Origin: an uncultured Anaerolineales bacterium
GTDB taxonomy: Bacteria > Chloroflexota > Anaerolineae > UBA1429
Assembly: GCA_964649365.1 (NCBI GenBank)
Contig: CAZYPJ010000002.1
Coordinates: 11,263 to 56,682, forward strand
Length of the DNA: 45,420 nt
Direction: 5' to 3'
In this document: positions 17,460 to 26,774 of the stretch, in pieces
Position numbering within the stretch: position 1 is the first letter of the stretch
Layout of the letters: the number at the start of each line of letters is the position of its first letter
Made by a program: the position numbers and the translations under genes
The notes under the pieces: generated by a model
Told to the model about the DNA's origin: nothing
The model's input: only the letters and a program-made list of their open reading frames with translations
The model's database searches: none

Positions 17460-18551
17460 ATGATCCCTGTCGCTGAACCCGATTTGCATGGCAATGAGCT
17501 GAAATACGTCACCGATTGTGTGGTGACGGAGTGGGTTTCCTCATTGGGCAAGTACGTAGGCGCTTTTGAAGAGCGCATGGCTGCGCTTTGTGGGCGCAAG
17601 TATGGAATTTCGGTATCCAACGGCACGGTAGCGCTGCACCTAGCGTTGGTCACGTTGGGCATCGGCCCTGGCGATGAGGTGATCGTCCCGACTTTGACCT
17701 TTGTGGCTACGGCCAACGCTGTAAGCTATACCGGCGCCACACCTATCTTTGCCGATTCAGAGCCGGCTTATTGGCAGATTGACCCAACTCAGTTGGAAAA
17801 GTTGGTCACGCCGCGCACCAAGGCGATCATTCCGGTGGACCTGTACGGCCACCCGGTGGATATGGAGGCCATCGAAGCGTTCGCGCGCCGCCACAATCTT
17901 TACATTATCGAGGATGCCGCTGAGGCGCACGGCGCTACCTACAAGGGGCGGTTGTGTGGCTCGTTGGGGATCATGTCATGCTTTAGCTTTTACGGCAACA
18001 AGGTCATCACCACTGGCGAGGGCGGTATGATCCTCACCGATGATGCTGCCCTCTATGAGCGTGCTAGGTTGCTGCGCGATCACGCCATGTCGCCGACCGA
18101 GCGTTATTATCACCCCGAGATCGGCTACAATTATCGCTTGACCAACATTCAAGCGGCGCTGGGCCTGGCGCAGTTGGAACGTATAGATGAATTTATCGCC
18201 GCCAAACGCCGCAATGCCGCGCTCTATGCGCAGGGGCTGGCGAATGTGCCCGGCATCACCGTCGCGCCAGAAGCCGAGTGGGCCAAGAACGTCTATTGGA
18301 TGTATTCGATCCTGGTAAATAAGGATTATCCGCTGTCGCGCAAGGAACTGATGGCGGCGCTCAAAGCGCGCGGGGTGGATTCGCGCCCGTTCTTCTGGGC
18401 CATCCACACCATGCCCTGCCACCTGCGCGACATCAAACTGCCGGTGGCGGAAGATTTGGCCGTGCGGGGGATTAATCTGCCCAGCTCGACCAAATTGACT
18501 GCGGAGCAAATCGCTTACATCTGTCAGCAGATTGCTGAATTGGGACATTAG
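17460..18551 (+). CDS. DegT/DnrJ/EryC1/StrS-family PLP-dependent sugar aminotransferase (perosamine-synthase-like)
   Basis: MIPVAEPDLHGNELKYVTDCV...SNGTVALHLAL...GDEVIVPTLTFVATANAV...SFYGNKVITTGEGGMILTDD (catalytic Lys)...YNYRLTNIQAALGLAQLE. RBS GAAGAGGAG lies upstream of ATG 17460. Confidence 0.92.
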   Translation: MIPVAEPDLHGNELKYVTDCVVTEWVSSLGKYVGAFEERMAALCGRKYGISVSNGTVALHLALVTLGIGPGDEVIVPTLTFVATANAVSYTGATPIFADSEPAYWQIDPTQLEKLVTPRTKAIIPVDLYGHPVDMEAIEAFARRHNLYIIEDAAEAHGATYKGRLCGSLGIMSCFSFYGNKVITTGEGGMILTDDAALYERARLLRDHAMSPTERYYHPEIGYNYRLTNIQAALGLAQLERIDEFIAAKRRNAALYAQGLANVPGITVAPEAEWAKNVYWMYSILVNKDYPLSRKELMAALKARGVDSRPFFWAIHTMPCHLRDIKLPVAEDLAVRGINLPSSTKLTAEQIAYICQQIAELGH

Positions 18552-18559
18552 GTCAACTG

Positions 18560-19168
18560 ATGGGTTACCAGGTCATTCCTTTCACGGCGCAACACGCTCG
18601 CGCCGCCGCTGAAATCCATGCCGAGGGGCAGCCGGGCACGTTTCTTACCAGCTTGGGGCCGCCTTTTCTGCGCGCTCTATATGCCGAGATGGCCGCTTCA
18701 CCCCGCTGTTACGGTTTTGTGGCGCTGGAAAGCGATGAGGTGATTGGCGTGGTTGTTGGCGCAACCGATGCCTCGGCGATTTTCAAGGAGTTGATCGTGC
18801 GCCGGGGCGTCAAGCTGGCGTTGCCCGTGCTGGGGGCTATGCTGCGTCACCTCGCGCTATTGAGTCGCGTGGTCGAGACGCTGCGCTACCCCACGCAGCA
18901 ACCCCATGAGCCGGGCGAGGCCGAACTGTTCTACATCGGTGTGCGTAGCGCTCGGCGCGGCGCGGGTGTGGGGGCGGCGCTGTTCGATGCCTTGGCTCGG
19001 GCGTCGCGCCAGCGCGGGATGCGTGCGATGGGCTTGATTGTGGATGACGCCAACGAGACTGCCAAACGCTTTTACCTTAGCCGTGGCATGGCCGCCGTGA
19101 GCGCCTGGCCGATGTATGGGCGGTTGATGAATTGGTATCGTCTGGATTTGGAGAATCTGCCTCAATGA
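18560..19168 (+). CDS. GNAT-family N-acetyltransferase
   Basis: ELFYIGVRSARRGAGVGAALFDALARASRQRGMRAM is the acetyl-CoA-binding (Q/R)xxGxG motif A region. The gene is 8 nt downstream of the aminotransferase gene. Confidence 0.82.
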   Translation: MGYQVIPFTAQHARAAAEIHAEGQPGTFLTSLGPPFLRALYAEMAASPRCYGFVALESDEVIGVVVGATDASAIFKELIVRRGVKLALPVLGAMLRHLALLSRVVETLRYPTQQPHEPGEAELFYIGVRSARRGAGVGAALFDALARASRQRGMRAMGLIVDDANETAKRFYLSRGMAAVSAWPMYGRLMNWYRLDLENLPQ

Positions 19169-21507
19169 CAGTGATGGTAGCTTCCGAAACCCAACGCCGC
19201 CAGGCGCGCATCGGCTGGTTTGTGGCCGTAGTTGCCCTGCTGGGCCTGACGGCATTTCTGATGCGCGGTTGGTTGATGGGTGGGCTGCCCACCTCGTCGC
19301 GCCGCGAGGCGCTCACCGAGTTGACCATCGTCTGGATGTTCAAGCAAGAGCTGCTGCAAGGCCGTTTGCTCAGCGAATGGAATGCGCTGTGGTTTTCGGG
19401 CTTTCCCTGGCTGCGCTTTTTAGCATACCCACTGTATTATATGGTGGCGGCAGTTTCGGCCTGGAGCGATATTCCTCTTGCAGCGGCGATGGTCGCGTTC
19501 TTTTTCGCGGCGCTGGCGGGTTCGGGCCTGGCAATGTTCGGCTATCTCAATCATATCCTGGATGACTGGCGCGCGGCGTTGGTAGGCGCGGTCATCTATG
19601 AGGCTTTCCCGTATCACAATCATGTTGGCGTCGAGACATGGATTCATGCCGCTTTTTGGGTGTTGCTGCCCCTCTCCTTGTGGTTCATCGAGTTGGCCCG
19701 TGCTAAAGGCTATCAGCGCGCCCATTATCTGATCCTGACGGGCGTTGCGCTGGGGTGTTTCCCCGTTCTCAGCAGCGAATATGCTTTGCTGGCAGGGCCT
19801 TTTGTGGTGCTCTATCTGACCTTGAGCGAATGGCGCGATGTGCGCCACAAGGCGCGCAGATTTTGGGCTGCCCTGGGCGGCTATGCTCTGGTGGGGCTGG
19901 TGGCATTGGGCGTGGCTTGCTTTTTCGTGCTGCCCGCGCTGTTTGAAGTGCGATATGTGGGCATCTATGCCAAGCATGGCGCCGGAACCACTTTTACCGA
20001 TCATCTTGTTCGCGAGTATTCCGTTACACCTGCACTGGTGTGGTACGCTATTGCGCGTCGCTTGCATCTTCCAACCGATAGCGTGGGGCTTCCTGGTATT
20101 GTGCAATCGTTCTGGAGTGTGGCTTGGTATCCTGGCGTGGTGACCACAGCCCTGGCAGCGCTGGGTCTCGGCGGCCTGCGACGCCATTTTGCGGCGCGGG
20201 CTGCGTCGGTTTGCCTTGTGTTGTCTGCTTTGCTCGCTACTGGGCCGACCAATCCGCTCAATTTCTTCACGCATATACCGGTGATCGGGCGGCTTTCACC
20301 GTTTCGCGGCCTGTTACTGGTAGCGATGTTTGCGGCAACGTTGGCGGCGTTCGGAGTGCGCTGGCTGTTACGCGCCAAACGGCTCGTTTGGCTCAGTTGG
20401 GTTAGCTGGGCAATCCTTCTGGCGCTGGTCGTCGCCGACTATGCGCCCTCGGCCTCGGCCTACCAGACTACCGAAGCGTATTTCAGCGCCGATGAGCGAG
20501 AAGCCTATACCTGGCTCAGCAGGCAACAGAAGCCCGGCCGCTTGTGGGAGGTCTCGACTCTGCCCCGCGATCTTTACTTGCGCACTTTTACGCTCAGTCT
20601 GTGCTCCCGACCACGTTATATGGGTTACTATGATAACGGCGCGCCGCTTTACACCTGGCAACAAACCACCTGGACCGACCTGCGCACGGCGCTACATCTC
20701 CATACGGTGCGCTATGTGCTGCTTCATGTCGGAGAAGCCGAGTCGGATCGTGTCGCTCCATTGATCGGCGAGGCAGGCTATCAGATGACCTTTGCTTCGG
20801 GCAATGTGCAAATATGGGAAAATCCACAAGTCGAGGGTTATACCCGTTTTTACAGTCAGGCGGCGCTAGACCTTACCCAAGATTTCCACCATCCTTTTGT
20901 AGCGTTGCCCGGTTTCGTCTGGCGGCATATTGCGATGGTGACGCCGTCTTTGTCCTCTCTCGACGAACAGGATCCCATCACGCTCAAAGAGTTCAAGTAC
21001 ATGCTGGTGGATGACGCCGCTGCGCGCGTCACCGTATCGCCCGATAGGTTGCAAAACGCGACGGGTAGGTTGGTGATAGATACAGAGGTAGCTACACTCG
21101 ATCCGGCTCCCGAGGTGCAGGTATCAGCCCGCATCGAGCGATTGCCCTTCAAGGCAATCCAGATCGATCTTCAAGCGCCGACAAAGGGGATCCTGAGCCT
21201 GTCAGAAAGCTGGTATCCTCACTGGCGGGTGCGGGTAGATGGCCAGCCGCGTCCCATTTTGCGCGTGAATTGGGCCCAGATGGGCGTCTGGCTCGAACCG
21301 GGACAACACCACGTCGAGTTTTACTATCAGCGGCCCTGGTATGTGCTCGTGGGCTATGGCGTTACCACCGCTTTCGTGTTGGGGCTGATCGTTTGGTGGA
21401 CGTGGTATGGCGGGTACGCGCTCAATCGCCCGCAACGAATCTTGTGGCCCGATTTGTCAGACCGTAGCTCTGAGACGCCGATAACGTCTATACAGAAGGA
21501 TGCCTAG
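19165..21507 (+). CDS. YfhO-family GT-C membrane glycosyltransferase
   Basis: The N-terminus reads ...FKQELLQGRLLSEWNALWFSGFPWLRF, followed by many TM segments. The C-terminus SESWYPHWRVRVDGQPRPILRVNWAQMGVWLEPGQHHVEFYY plus a final TM is the characteristic YfhO tail. ATG 19165 overlaps the GNAT stop codon (ATGA). Confidence 0.8.
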   Translation: MTVMVASETQRRQARIGWFVAVVALLGLTAFLMRGWLMGGLPTSSRREALTELTIVWMFKQELLQGRLLSEWNALWFSGFPWLRFLAYPLYYMVAAVSAWSDIPLAAAMVAFFFAALAGSGLAMFGYLNHILDDWRAALVGAVIYEAFPYHNHVGVETWIHAAFWVLLPLSLWFIELARAKGYQRAHYLILTGVALGCFPVLSSEYALLAGPFVVLYLTLSEWRDVRHKARRFWAALGGYALVGLVALGVACFFVLPALFEVRYVGIYAKHGAGTTFTDHLVREYSVTPALVWYAIARRLHLPTDSVGLPGIVQSFWSVAWYPGVVTTALAALGLGGLRRHFAARAASVCLVLSALLATGPTNPLNFFTHIPVIGRLSPFRGLLLVAMFAATLAAFGVRWLLRAKRLVWLSWVSWAILLALVVADYAPSASAYQTTEAYFSADEREAYTWLSRQQKPGRLWEVSTLPRDLYLRTFTLSLCSRPRYMGYYDNGAPLYTWQQTTWTDLRTALHLHTVRYVLLHVGEAESDRVAPLIGEAGYQMTFASGNVQIWENPQVEGYTRFYSQAALDLTQDFHHPFVALPGFVWRHIAMVTPSLSSLDEQDPITLKEFKYMLVDDAAARVTVSPDRLQNATGRLVIDTEVATLDPAPEVQVSARIERLPFKAIQIDLQAPTKGILSLSESWYPHWRVRVDGQPRPILRVNWAQMGVWLEPGQHHVEFYYQRPWYVLVGYGVTTAFVLGLIVWWTWYGGYALNRPQRILWPDLSDRSSETPITSIQKDA

Positions 21508-22336
21508 CGTGACGCTGACCCTCGCTCAAAAGGACTATTTGTGGGAATATCTGACCCATGCGCCGGCGGCGCTGGCGCTGTTGCGAGCTATCGAATGTCG
21601 CGAGCTGAATGATTTGGCGACCGAACGCCCACTCTTTGAGCATCCGATGCTTGACCTGGGCTGCGGCGACGGGCTATTCGGACAGGTGTTCTTTGCGCAG
21701 CGCCCCGAATTGGGGTTGGATTACTCGCGACACGAGTTACGAACCGCGGCCAGCCGGGGCGCCTATCGGGCGCTGGTGCAAGGTGATATTACTGCAATCC
21801 CTTGTCCTGACAATGCGTTTGCTTCCGTCTTTTCTAACGGCGTGTTGGAGCATGTGCACGATTTGCCGCAAGGATTGCGCGAGATCGCCCGCGTGTTGCG
21901 GCCTGGCGGACGGCTGATTATGACGGTGCCCACTATGGCCGATGAACTAGAGTTGAGCGCCGCAGCGTTGTTACGGAGCCTGGGTTTGCGACAATGGGCG
22001 CAACGTTACGCCGATTTCTATAATCGCGCTTTTGGGCAGATCAACGTGCACCCGGTGGAGACGTGGCGCGAGTTGCTGGCGGCGGGTGGACTGCGCCTGA
22101 CGTATCATCGCGCCTACGGTTCGGCGGCTGTATTCCGTTTGCACGATCTGACGCTCCCATTGAGCGCGCCTAACTTTATCTGTAAACGCCTGACGGGTCG
22201 TTGGGTGGCGCTGCCGATGCTGCGCCGAGCGACCCTCGCGCCCATTTGGGCGACGTGGTTGCGTGGGCTGTATCTGGATCGCGAATCGCCAGGATGTTCG
22301 TTGTTGATGATCGCTGAATCGAACAAGATAGTATAG
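21500..22336 (+). CDS. Class I SAM-dependent methyltransferase
   Basis: MLDLGCGDGLFG (motif I), SNGVLEHV, LRPGGRLIMTVP. The ATG 21500 overlaps the upstream TAG. An alternative start is GTG 21509, 8 nt after GAAGGA. Confidence 0.85.
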   Translation: MPSVTLTLAQKDYLWEYLTHAPAALALLRAIECRELNDLATERPLFEHPMLDLGCGDGLFGQVFFAQRPELGLDYSRHELRTAASRGAYRALVQGDITAIPCPDNAFASVFSNGVLEHVHDLPQGLREIARVLRPGGRLIMTVPTMADELELSAAALLRSLGLRQWAQRYADFYNRAFGQINVHPVETWRELLAAGGLRLTYHRAYGSAAVFRLHDLTLPLSAPNFICKRLTGRWVALPMLRRATLAPIWATWLRGLYLDRESPGCSLLMIAESNKIV

Positions 22337-22347
22337 CGGAGGTTGGT

Positions 22348-23049
22348 GTGGACGTTTCCGTTGTTTTGCCCACCTATAACGAGCGCGACAATATCGTCCC
22401 CTTGATCGAGGCCATTGATCGCGAGTTGACTAGCGCTGGCATCAGCTATGAGGTGGTAGTGGTAGATGACAACTCGCCTGATGGCACGGCGCAAGCCGTG
22501 CGCGCACGCTTTGACGACCAGGCGAATGTGCGCCTGATCGTGCGCACCGAAGGACGTGGGTTGGCTACCGCTATTGCTTATGGTATTCGCCATGCTGAGG
22601 GCGATTGTATAGCGGTGATGGACACCGACTTTAATCACGACCCTGTGCTGTTGCCGCAAATGGTCCGATTCTTGGATTACTACGATATTATCATCGGCGC
22701 GCGCTTTACTATGGGCGGCGGTATGGAGGAAAAGTGGCGCTACCTGGCCAGCTTTGTGTTCAATTTTCTCGTGCGTCAGGTGCTGCGCACCCAGATTCAA
22801 GATAACTTGTGCGGTTTTTTCACCATGCGCCGCGACAAGCTGATGGCGATGGATATCGAGCGTATTTTCCAGGGTTACGGCGAGTATTTCATGCACCTGC
22901 TGTTTCAGTCCTGGCGTCAGGGCTACAAAATGCTCGAAGTGCCCGCTTTTTACCGCGCGCGCACTTATGGGCAGAGCAAGTCGCGCTTTTTTAGCATGTT
23001 GTATCACTATACCCTGACGGCGATCCGCGTGCGCCTGGGGAAGAGATAG
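22348..23049 (+). CDS. GT2 polyprenyl-phosphate sugar synthase (Ppm1/DPM1-like)
   Basis: VSVVLPTYNERDNIVPLIEAI...YEVVVVDDNSPDGTAQAV...AVMDTDFNHDP. GTG start is preceded by GGAGG with a 5-nt spacer. Confidence 0.88.
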   Translation: MDVSVVLPTYNERDNIVPLIEAIDRELTSAGISYEVVVVDDNSPDGTAQAVRARFDDQANVRLIVRTEGRGLATAIAYGIRHAEGDCIAVMDTDFNHDPVLLPQMVRFLDYYDIIIGARFTMGGGMEEKWRYLASFVFNFLVRQVLRTQIQDNLCGFFTMRRDKLMAMDIERIFQGYGEYFMHLLFQSWRQGYKMLEVPAFYRARTYGQSKSRFFSMLYHYTLTAIRVRLGKR

Positions 23050-23066
23050 GATCGAGGTGATGAGCG

Positions 23067-23846
23067 ATGGTTGAGACCTCCGTGAGCCAGATGGCGCTGG
23101 TGATCGTGCCCACTTACAATGAAGCTGAGAATATCGAGCGCCTAGTGAGCGAGATTCTGGCGCAGCCTGCGCCGCTGCATGTAGTGGTGGTAGATGACAA
23201 CTCGCCCGACGGCACTGGCGTTCTGGCCGATGCTCTGGCCGCTCGAAACGAGCGCGTCGCGGTGATCCATCGCCCAGGAAAGCTAGGCTTGGGTACAGCC
23301 TACGTCGCCGGATTCAAGCATGCGCTAGAACGTGGCTATGGTTATGCCATCACGATGGACGCCGATTTTTCTCACAATCCGCGCTATCTGCCAGCCTTGC
23401 TCGCATTGATGACAAGCTATGATGTGGGTATAGGCTCGCGCTATGTCGCAGGGGGCGGCAGTACGGGGTGTTCCGCTTATCGTATCTTTATGAGCAAGGG
23501 GGCCAACGCTTTTGCCAAGTTCATGTTAGGGCTAAAGGCTCACGATTGCACGGCGGGTTTTCGTTGTTACAAAGCTGAGGTATTGCGCACCATCGAATTG
23601 GATACCATCTTTTCTAGCGGTTATTCATTCCTGGTCGAGATGGTCACTCGCTGCGAGCGGCGCGGCTACACGGTGGGCGAATTGCCGATCATCTTTGACA
23701 ACCGGCGACTGGGTAGGTCCAAGATTTCCAAGATCGAGATCTATAAATCGGTCTATACGATTTTGCGTCTGCGTTTTACCTGGCTGCCTTGGGAACGTTG
23801 GTTGCAGGCGTACAAGCAACGCAAGCACGCGACGGCGCGACGGTAA
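23067..23846 (+). CDS. GT2 polyprenyl-phosphate mannose synthase-like (Ppm1/DPM1-like), paralog of 22348
   Basis: LVIVPTYNEAENIERLVSEI...HVVVVDDNSPDGTGVLAD...GKLGLGTAYVAGFKHAL...ITMDADFSHNPRYLP. RBS GAGGTGA lies upstream of the ATG. Confidence 0.9.
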   Translation: MVETSVSQMALVIVPTYNEAENIERLVSEILAQPAPLHVVVVDDNSPDGTGVLADALAARNERVAVIHRPGKLGLGTAYVAGFKHALERGYGYAITMDADFSHNPRYLPALLALMTSYDVGIGSRYVAGGGSTGCSAYRIFMSKGANAFAKFMLGLKAHDCTAGFRCYKAEVLRTIELDTIFSSGYSFLVEMVTRCERRGYTVGELPIIFDNRRLGRSKISKIEIYKSVYTILRLRFTWLPWERWLQAYKQRKHATARR

Positions 23847-23870
23847 AGCCAAGAGATAAGGAACGCGATC

Positions 23871-24620
23871 ATGAGCGAGCCACGCATTCTCATTATCACC
23901 CCGGCGCACAACGAAGCCGAGAACCTGCCGCACGTTTTTGCCGAGCTACGTCGCTGCCTGCCTGATACGGACATCGTTGTGATAGACGACTATTCGACGG
24001 ATGATACTGCTGCTGTGGCGGCGCGTCTGGGTGGCCGAGTGGTGAGCTTGCCTTGCAACCTGGGCTATGGCGGGGCGGTGCAAACGGGGTTCAAATATGC
24101 CGTCGAGTATGACTATGATTACGGCGTGTTGCTCGACGCCGACGGCCAGCATGACCCAGCCTGTATCCCCGATCTATTGGCCCCTGTGCTTGCTGGCGAG
24201 GCTGACATCGCTATCGGGTCGCGCTTTTTAGGGCAGGTGCAATATCATGTGGGTGGCATTAAGCGGATGGGGATGGCCGTGTTCGGCGCTATCGTAGCGC
24301 ATTTCACCAAACGCCGCGTCACCGATGCCACCTCGGGCTTTCAGGCGATGAATCGCGACGTGTTGTGTTTTTTCGCTCGTGACAACTATCCTTCCGATTA
24401 CCCAGACGCCGACACGCTGTTACTGCTGAACTATGCCGGATTTCGTGTGACCGAAGTTCCTGTGTGCATGAGGGGTCGTATCTCAGGCGTTTCGATGCAC
24501 GACAGCTGGAAGGCGATCTATTACATCTTTAAGATGTTTCTTGCGATCTTTATTGTTTTGTTGCGACAGAGCACGCGCAGTAATGCTCGTCGTCGCTCTC
24601 AGGCGCCGAACAGGTCGTAG
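23871..24620 (+). CDS. GT2 GtrB/ArnC-like polyprenyl-phosphate glycosyltransferase with C-terminal TM segment
   Basis: ILIITPAHNEAENLPHVF...IVVIDDYSTDDTAAVA...GYGGAVQTGFKYA...LLDADGQHDP. The C-terminal hydrophobic segment is IYYIFKMFLAIFIVLL. Confidence 0.87.
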   Translation: MSEPRILIITPAHNEAENLPHVFAELRRCLPDTDIVVIDDYSTDDTAAVAARLGGRVVSLPCNLGYGGAVQTGFKYAVEYDYDYGVLLDADGQHDPACIPDLLAPVLAGEADIAIGSRFLGQVQYHVGGIKRMGMAVFGAIVAHFTKRRVTDATSGFQAMNRDVLCFFARDNYPSDYPDADTLLLLNYAGFRVTEVPVCMRGRISGVSMHDSWKAIYYIFKMFLAIFIVLLRQSTRSNARRRSQAPNRS

Positions 24621-24632
24621 GTGAGCCAAACC

Positions 24633-25505
24633 ATGCGCAATGCGCTTTCGATTGACCTGGAGGATTGGTTCCACGCCGAATTAATCCGCGCGCGCGTGCG
24701 GGGCGCGCGGCCTGAGCGGCGCGTCCCCTGGGCGGTGGAGCCGATTTTAGAGTTACTCCAGCGCTACGATGTGCGCGCTACCTTCTTTGTGGTGGGCGAT
24801 GTGTTGCGCCATCACCCCGATCTGGTGCGGCGGCTCTATGCCGAAGGGCACGAAATCGCTTGTCACGGTTGGAGTCATCGCACGCTTTGGTCGCTGGACC
24901 CGGCGCGCTTTGCTGAGGAGCTGGACGAGTTCGACCGTGATGCGCAAGGTATCGCCCCGGTGAACGAGATCATCGGTTTTCGTGCGCCCACATTTTCGCT
25001 GGATGAGCGCACGGCCTGGGCGGTGGATATCCTGCGCGACCATGGCTATCGCTACGATTCGAGCATTTTCCCGGTGCGCAATTATCTCTATGGCGTGGAT
25101 GGCTGCCCCCGTGCGCCTTATCGGCCCACTCGCGCCGAACTGACAACCGACCATGCTGACGGCGCGCTGATCGAATTCCCGATGACCAGTTGCTCCCTCG
25201 GTGGGTTCGATGTGCCCGTCTCGGGCGGATTCTATCTGCGCACCATCCCGCAGATCATCTTGAAGCCGCTGCTCGCTCACGTCAATTCCGAGGGGCGGCC
25301 CTTTGTGATCTATTTTCATCCCTGGGAAGGCGATGTGCGCACGCCCCGAGTGAAGGGACTGTCGTTGGTGACCCGTTGGGTCACGTATTACAACTCTGGC
25401 GCGGCCCTGCGCAAGCTGGAAGCGCTGCTCAAACGGTTCGAGTTTGCGCCTTTGCGTGACATATTGGGACTTTCCGGCGCACGGCGGACAGGATCGCGGC
25501 CATGA
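24633..25505 (+). CDS. Polysaccharide deacetylase (NodB homology, DUF3473-type)
   Basis: MRNALSIDLEDWFHAE...VRATFFVVGDVLRHHPDLVRRLYAEGHEIACHGWSH...FRAPTFS. AGGTGA lies ~10 nt upstream of ATG 24633. The track start is GTG 24621. Confidence 0.87.
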   Translation: MRNALSIDLEDWFHAELIRARVRGARPERRVPWAVEPILELLQRYDVRATFFVVGDVLRHHPDLVRRLYAEGHEIACHGWSHRTLWSLDPARFAEELDEFDRDAQGIAPVNEIIGFRAPTFSLDERTAWAVDILRDHGYRYDSSIFPVRNYLYGVDGCPRAPYRPTRAELTTDHADGALIEFPMTSCSLGGFDVPVSGGFYLRTIPQIILKPLLAHVNSEGRPFVIYFHPWEGDVRTPRVKGLSLVTRWVTYYNSGAALRKLEALLKRFEFAPLRDILGLSGARRTGSRP

Positions 25506-26755
25506 GCCGTTGGCGGAATGTGGCGCGGCGCTATGGCCCGTGGCTGTTAGTCGGGCTGGTGGCGGCGCTGTGGATGAGCGATCTCGTGCGCGTCTGGCGG
25601 ATGACCAACCACAAAGACCTAGATGTCTTTCTATTGGCGGCGCGCCGTTTGTTGGCGGGCGAAGATATCTATGTTGATGCGGCTGCCTTTCGAGCATCCA
25701 TCGAGGCGGGCGCTTTCAGCATGAAAGATGCCTCGGTAGTTTGGCCTTATGCGTATGCGCCGCTGATTGCCATTTTGTTTACGCCAGCGCTGGCGCTACC
25801 AGCCGAGATAGTACACGTTTTATGGTGGGGCCTGAATATCGTCGCGCTGATCAGCGGGTGCTGGTTGAGCCTGCGCGCCGTGGGGCAGACGAAACCGCTG
25901 GTCGCCGCCCTAATGCTGCTGGCGCTCTATCGCTTCGATCCCGCCGTCGGTGCGCTGCGATTAGGGCAGCTCGAGATCGGGCAGTTCCTGGTGCGCGCTG
26001 TTGCACTCTATGCTCTGAACCGAGGGCGGGAGCGTTGGGCGGGCCTGGCGTTGGGCCTGGCGACGGGGATCAAATTCTTCCCCGGCGCGCTGATCGCTTT
26101 GCTCATCTGGCGGCGGCGGTGGCGCGCCGCAGCTTGGGCGACGGGGACGGCGTTGACCTTGATTGTGGGATCGTTCGCCATCGTAGGATTCGACCGGTGG
26201 CCCGCTTATTGGGATTTCACCGTTATGTATGGCATCGGCGGGGCGTTCGCGGCTTTTCCGCTCAACCAATCGCTGAACGGCTTTTTCAGCCGCAACCTGG
26301 TGCGCAACGTGTTCACCGCTACACTCAAAGGGGTACACTTGCCTGCCCTGGCCAAGAGCTTGACGCTGGGTTGCGATCTGGCGATTGTGGTTAGCAGCGC
26401 CTGGCTCACCTGGCAAAAAGACGGGGGGCGACGACCTAGCGATGAAACGCAGAATCAGCGTTTCGCGCTAGAATTCGCACTGGCGGTGGTGGCGCTGCTG
26501 CTCATCTCGCCGCATTCACAGGTCTATACGTTTGTGTGGACGTTGCTGCCGTTGATGGTGTTGCTGGCACGGTTCACTGTTCGGTTCGATACTCGCTGGC
26601 AATACTGGGCGGGGTTGGCGGTCGCCTATGCGCTCTTGGGGCGAGCGTACACGCTGTACCACCCAGGACTCACCCGTTTGGTGCAGGCGCATTACCTGGG
26701 CGGGGCGCTGATCTTGTGGGGAACGATAGCGGTCATCCTGTGGCGTGACCGGTGA
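25502..26755 (+). CDS. GT87 / DUF2029-family GT-C glycosyltransferase (polyprenyl-P-mannose-dependent alpha-mannosyltransferase-like)
   Basis: HKDLDVFLLAARRLLAGEDIYV...WPYAYAPLIAILFTPLA, followed by ~10 TM segments. This N-terminal pattern is typical of DUF2029/GT87. There is an ATGA overlap with the deacetylase gene. Confidence 0.82.
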   Translation: MSRWRNVARRYGPWLLVGLVAALWMSDLVRVWRMTNHKDLDVFLLAARRLLAGEDIYVDAAAFRASIEAGAFSMKDASVVWPYAYAPLIAILFTPALALPAEIVHVLWWGLNIVALISGCWLSLRAVGQTKPLVAALMLLALYRFDPAVGALRLGQLEIGQFLVRAVALYALNRGRERWAGLALGLATGIKFFPGALIALLIWRRRWRAAAWATGTALTLIVGSFAIVGFDRWPAYWDFTVMYGIGGAFAAFPLNQSLNGFFSRNLVRNVFTATLKGVHLPALAKSLTLGCDLAIVVSSAWLTWQKDGGRRPSDETQNQRFALEFALAVVALLLISPHSQVYTFVWTLLPLMVLLARFTVRFDTRWQYWAGLAVAYALLGRAYTLYHPGLTRLVQAHYLGGALILWGTIAVILWRDR

Positions 26756-26774
26756 TGCTCTGCGGAGGGTTTTT

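Noticed and set aside
24600-24640. GT2 (23871-24620) and the deacetylase ORF (from 24621) are in the same frame, separated only by TAG. Possible read-through fusion protein.
   Set aside because: There is a one-in-three chance of frame coincidence. The GT2 already ends with a complete C-terminal TM/basic tail. The deacetylase has its own AGGTGA RBS and ATG at 24633, giving the canonical N-terminus MRNALSIDLEDWF.
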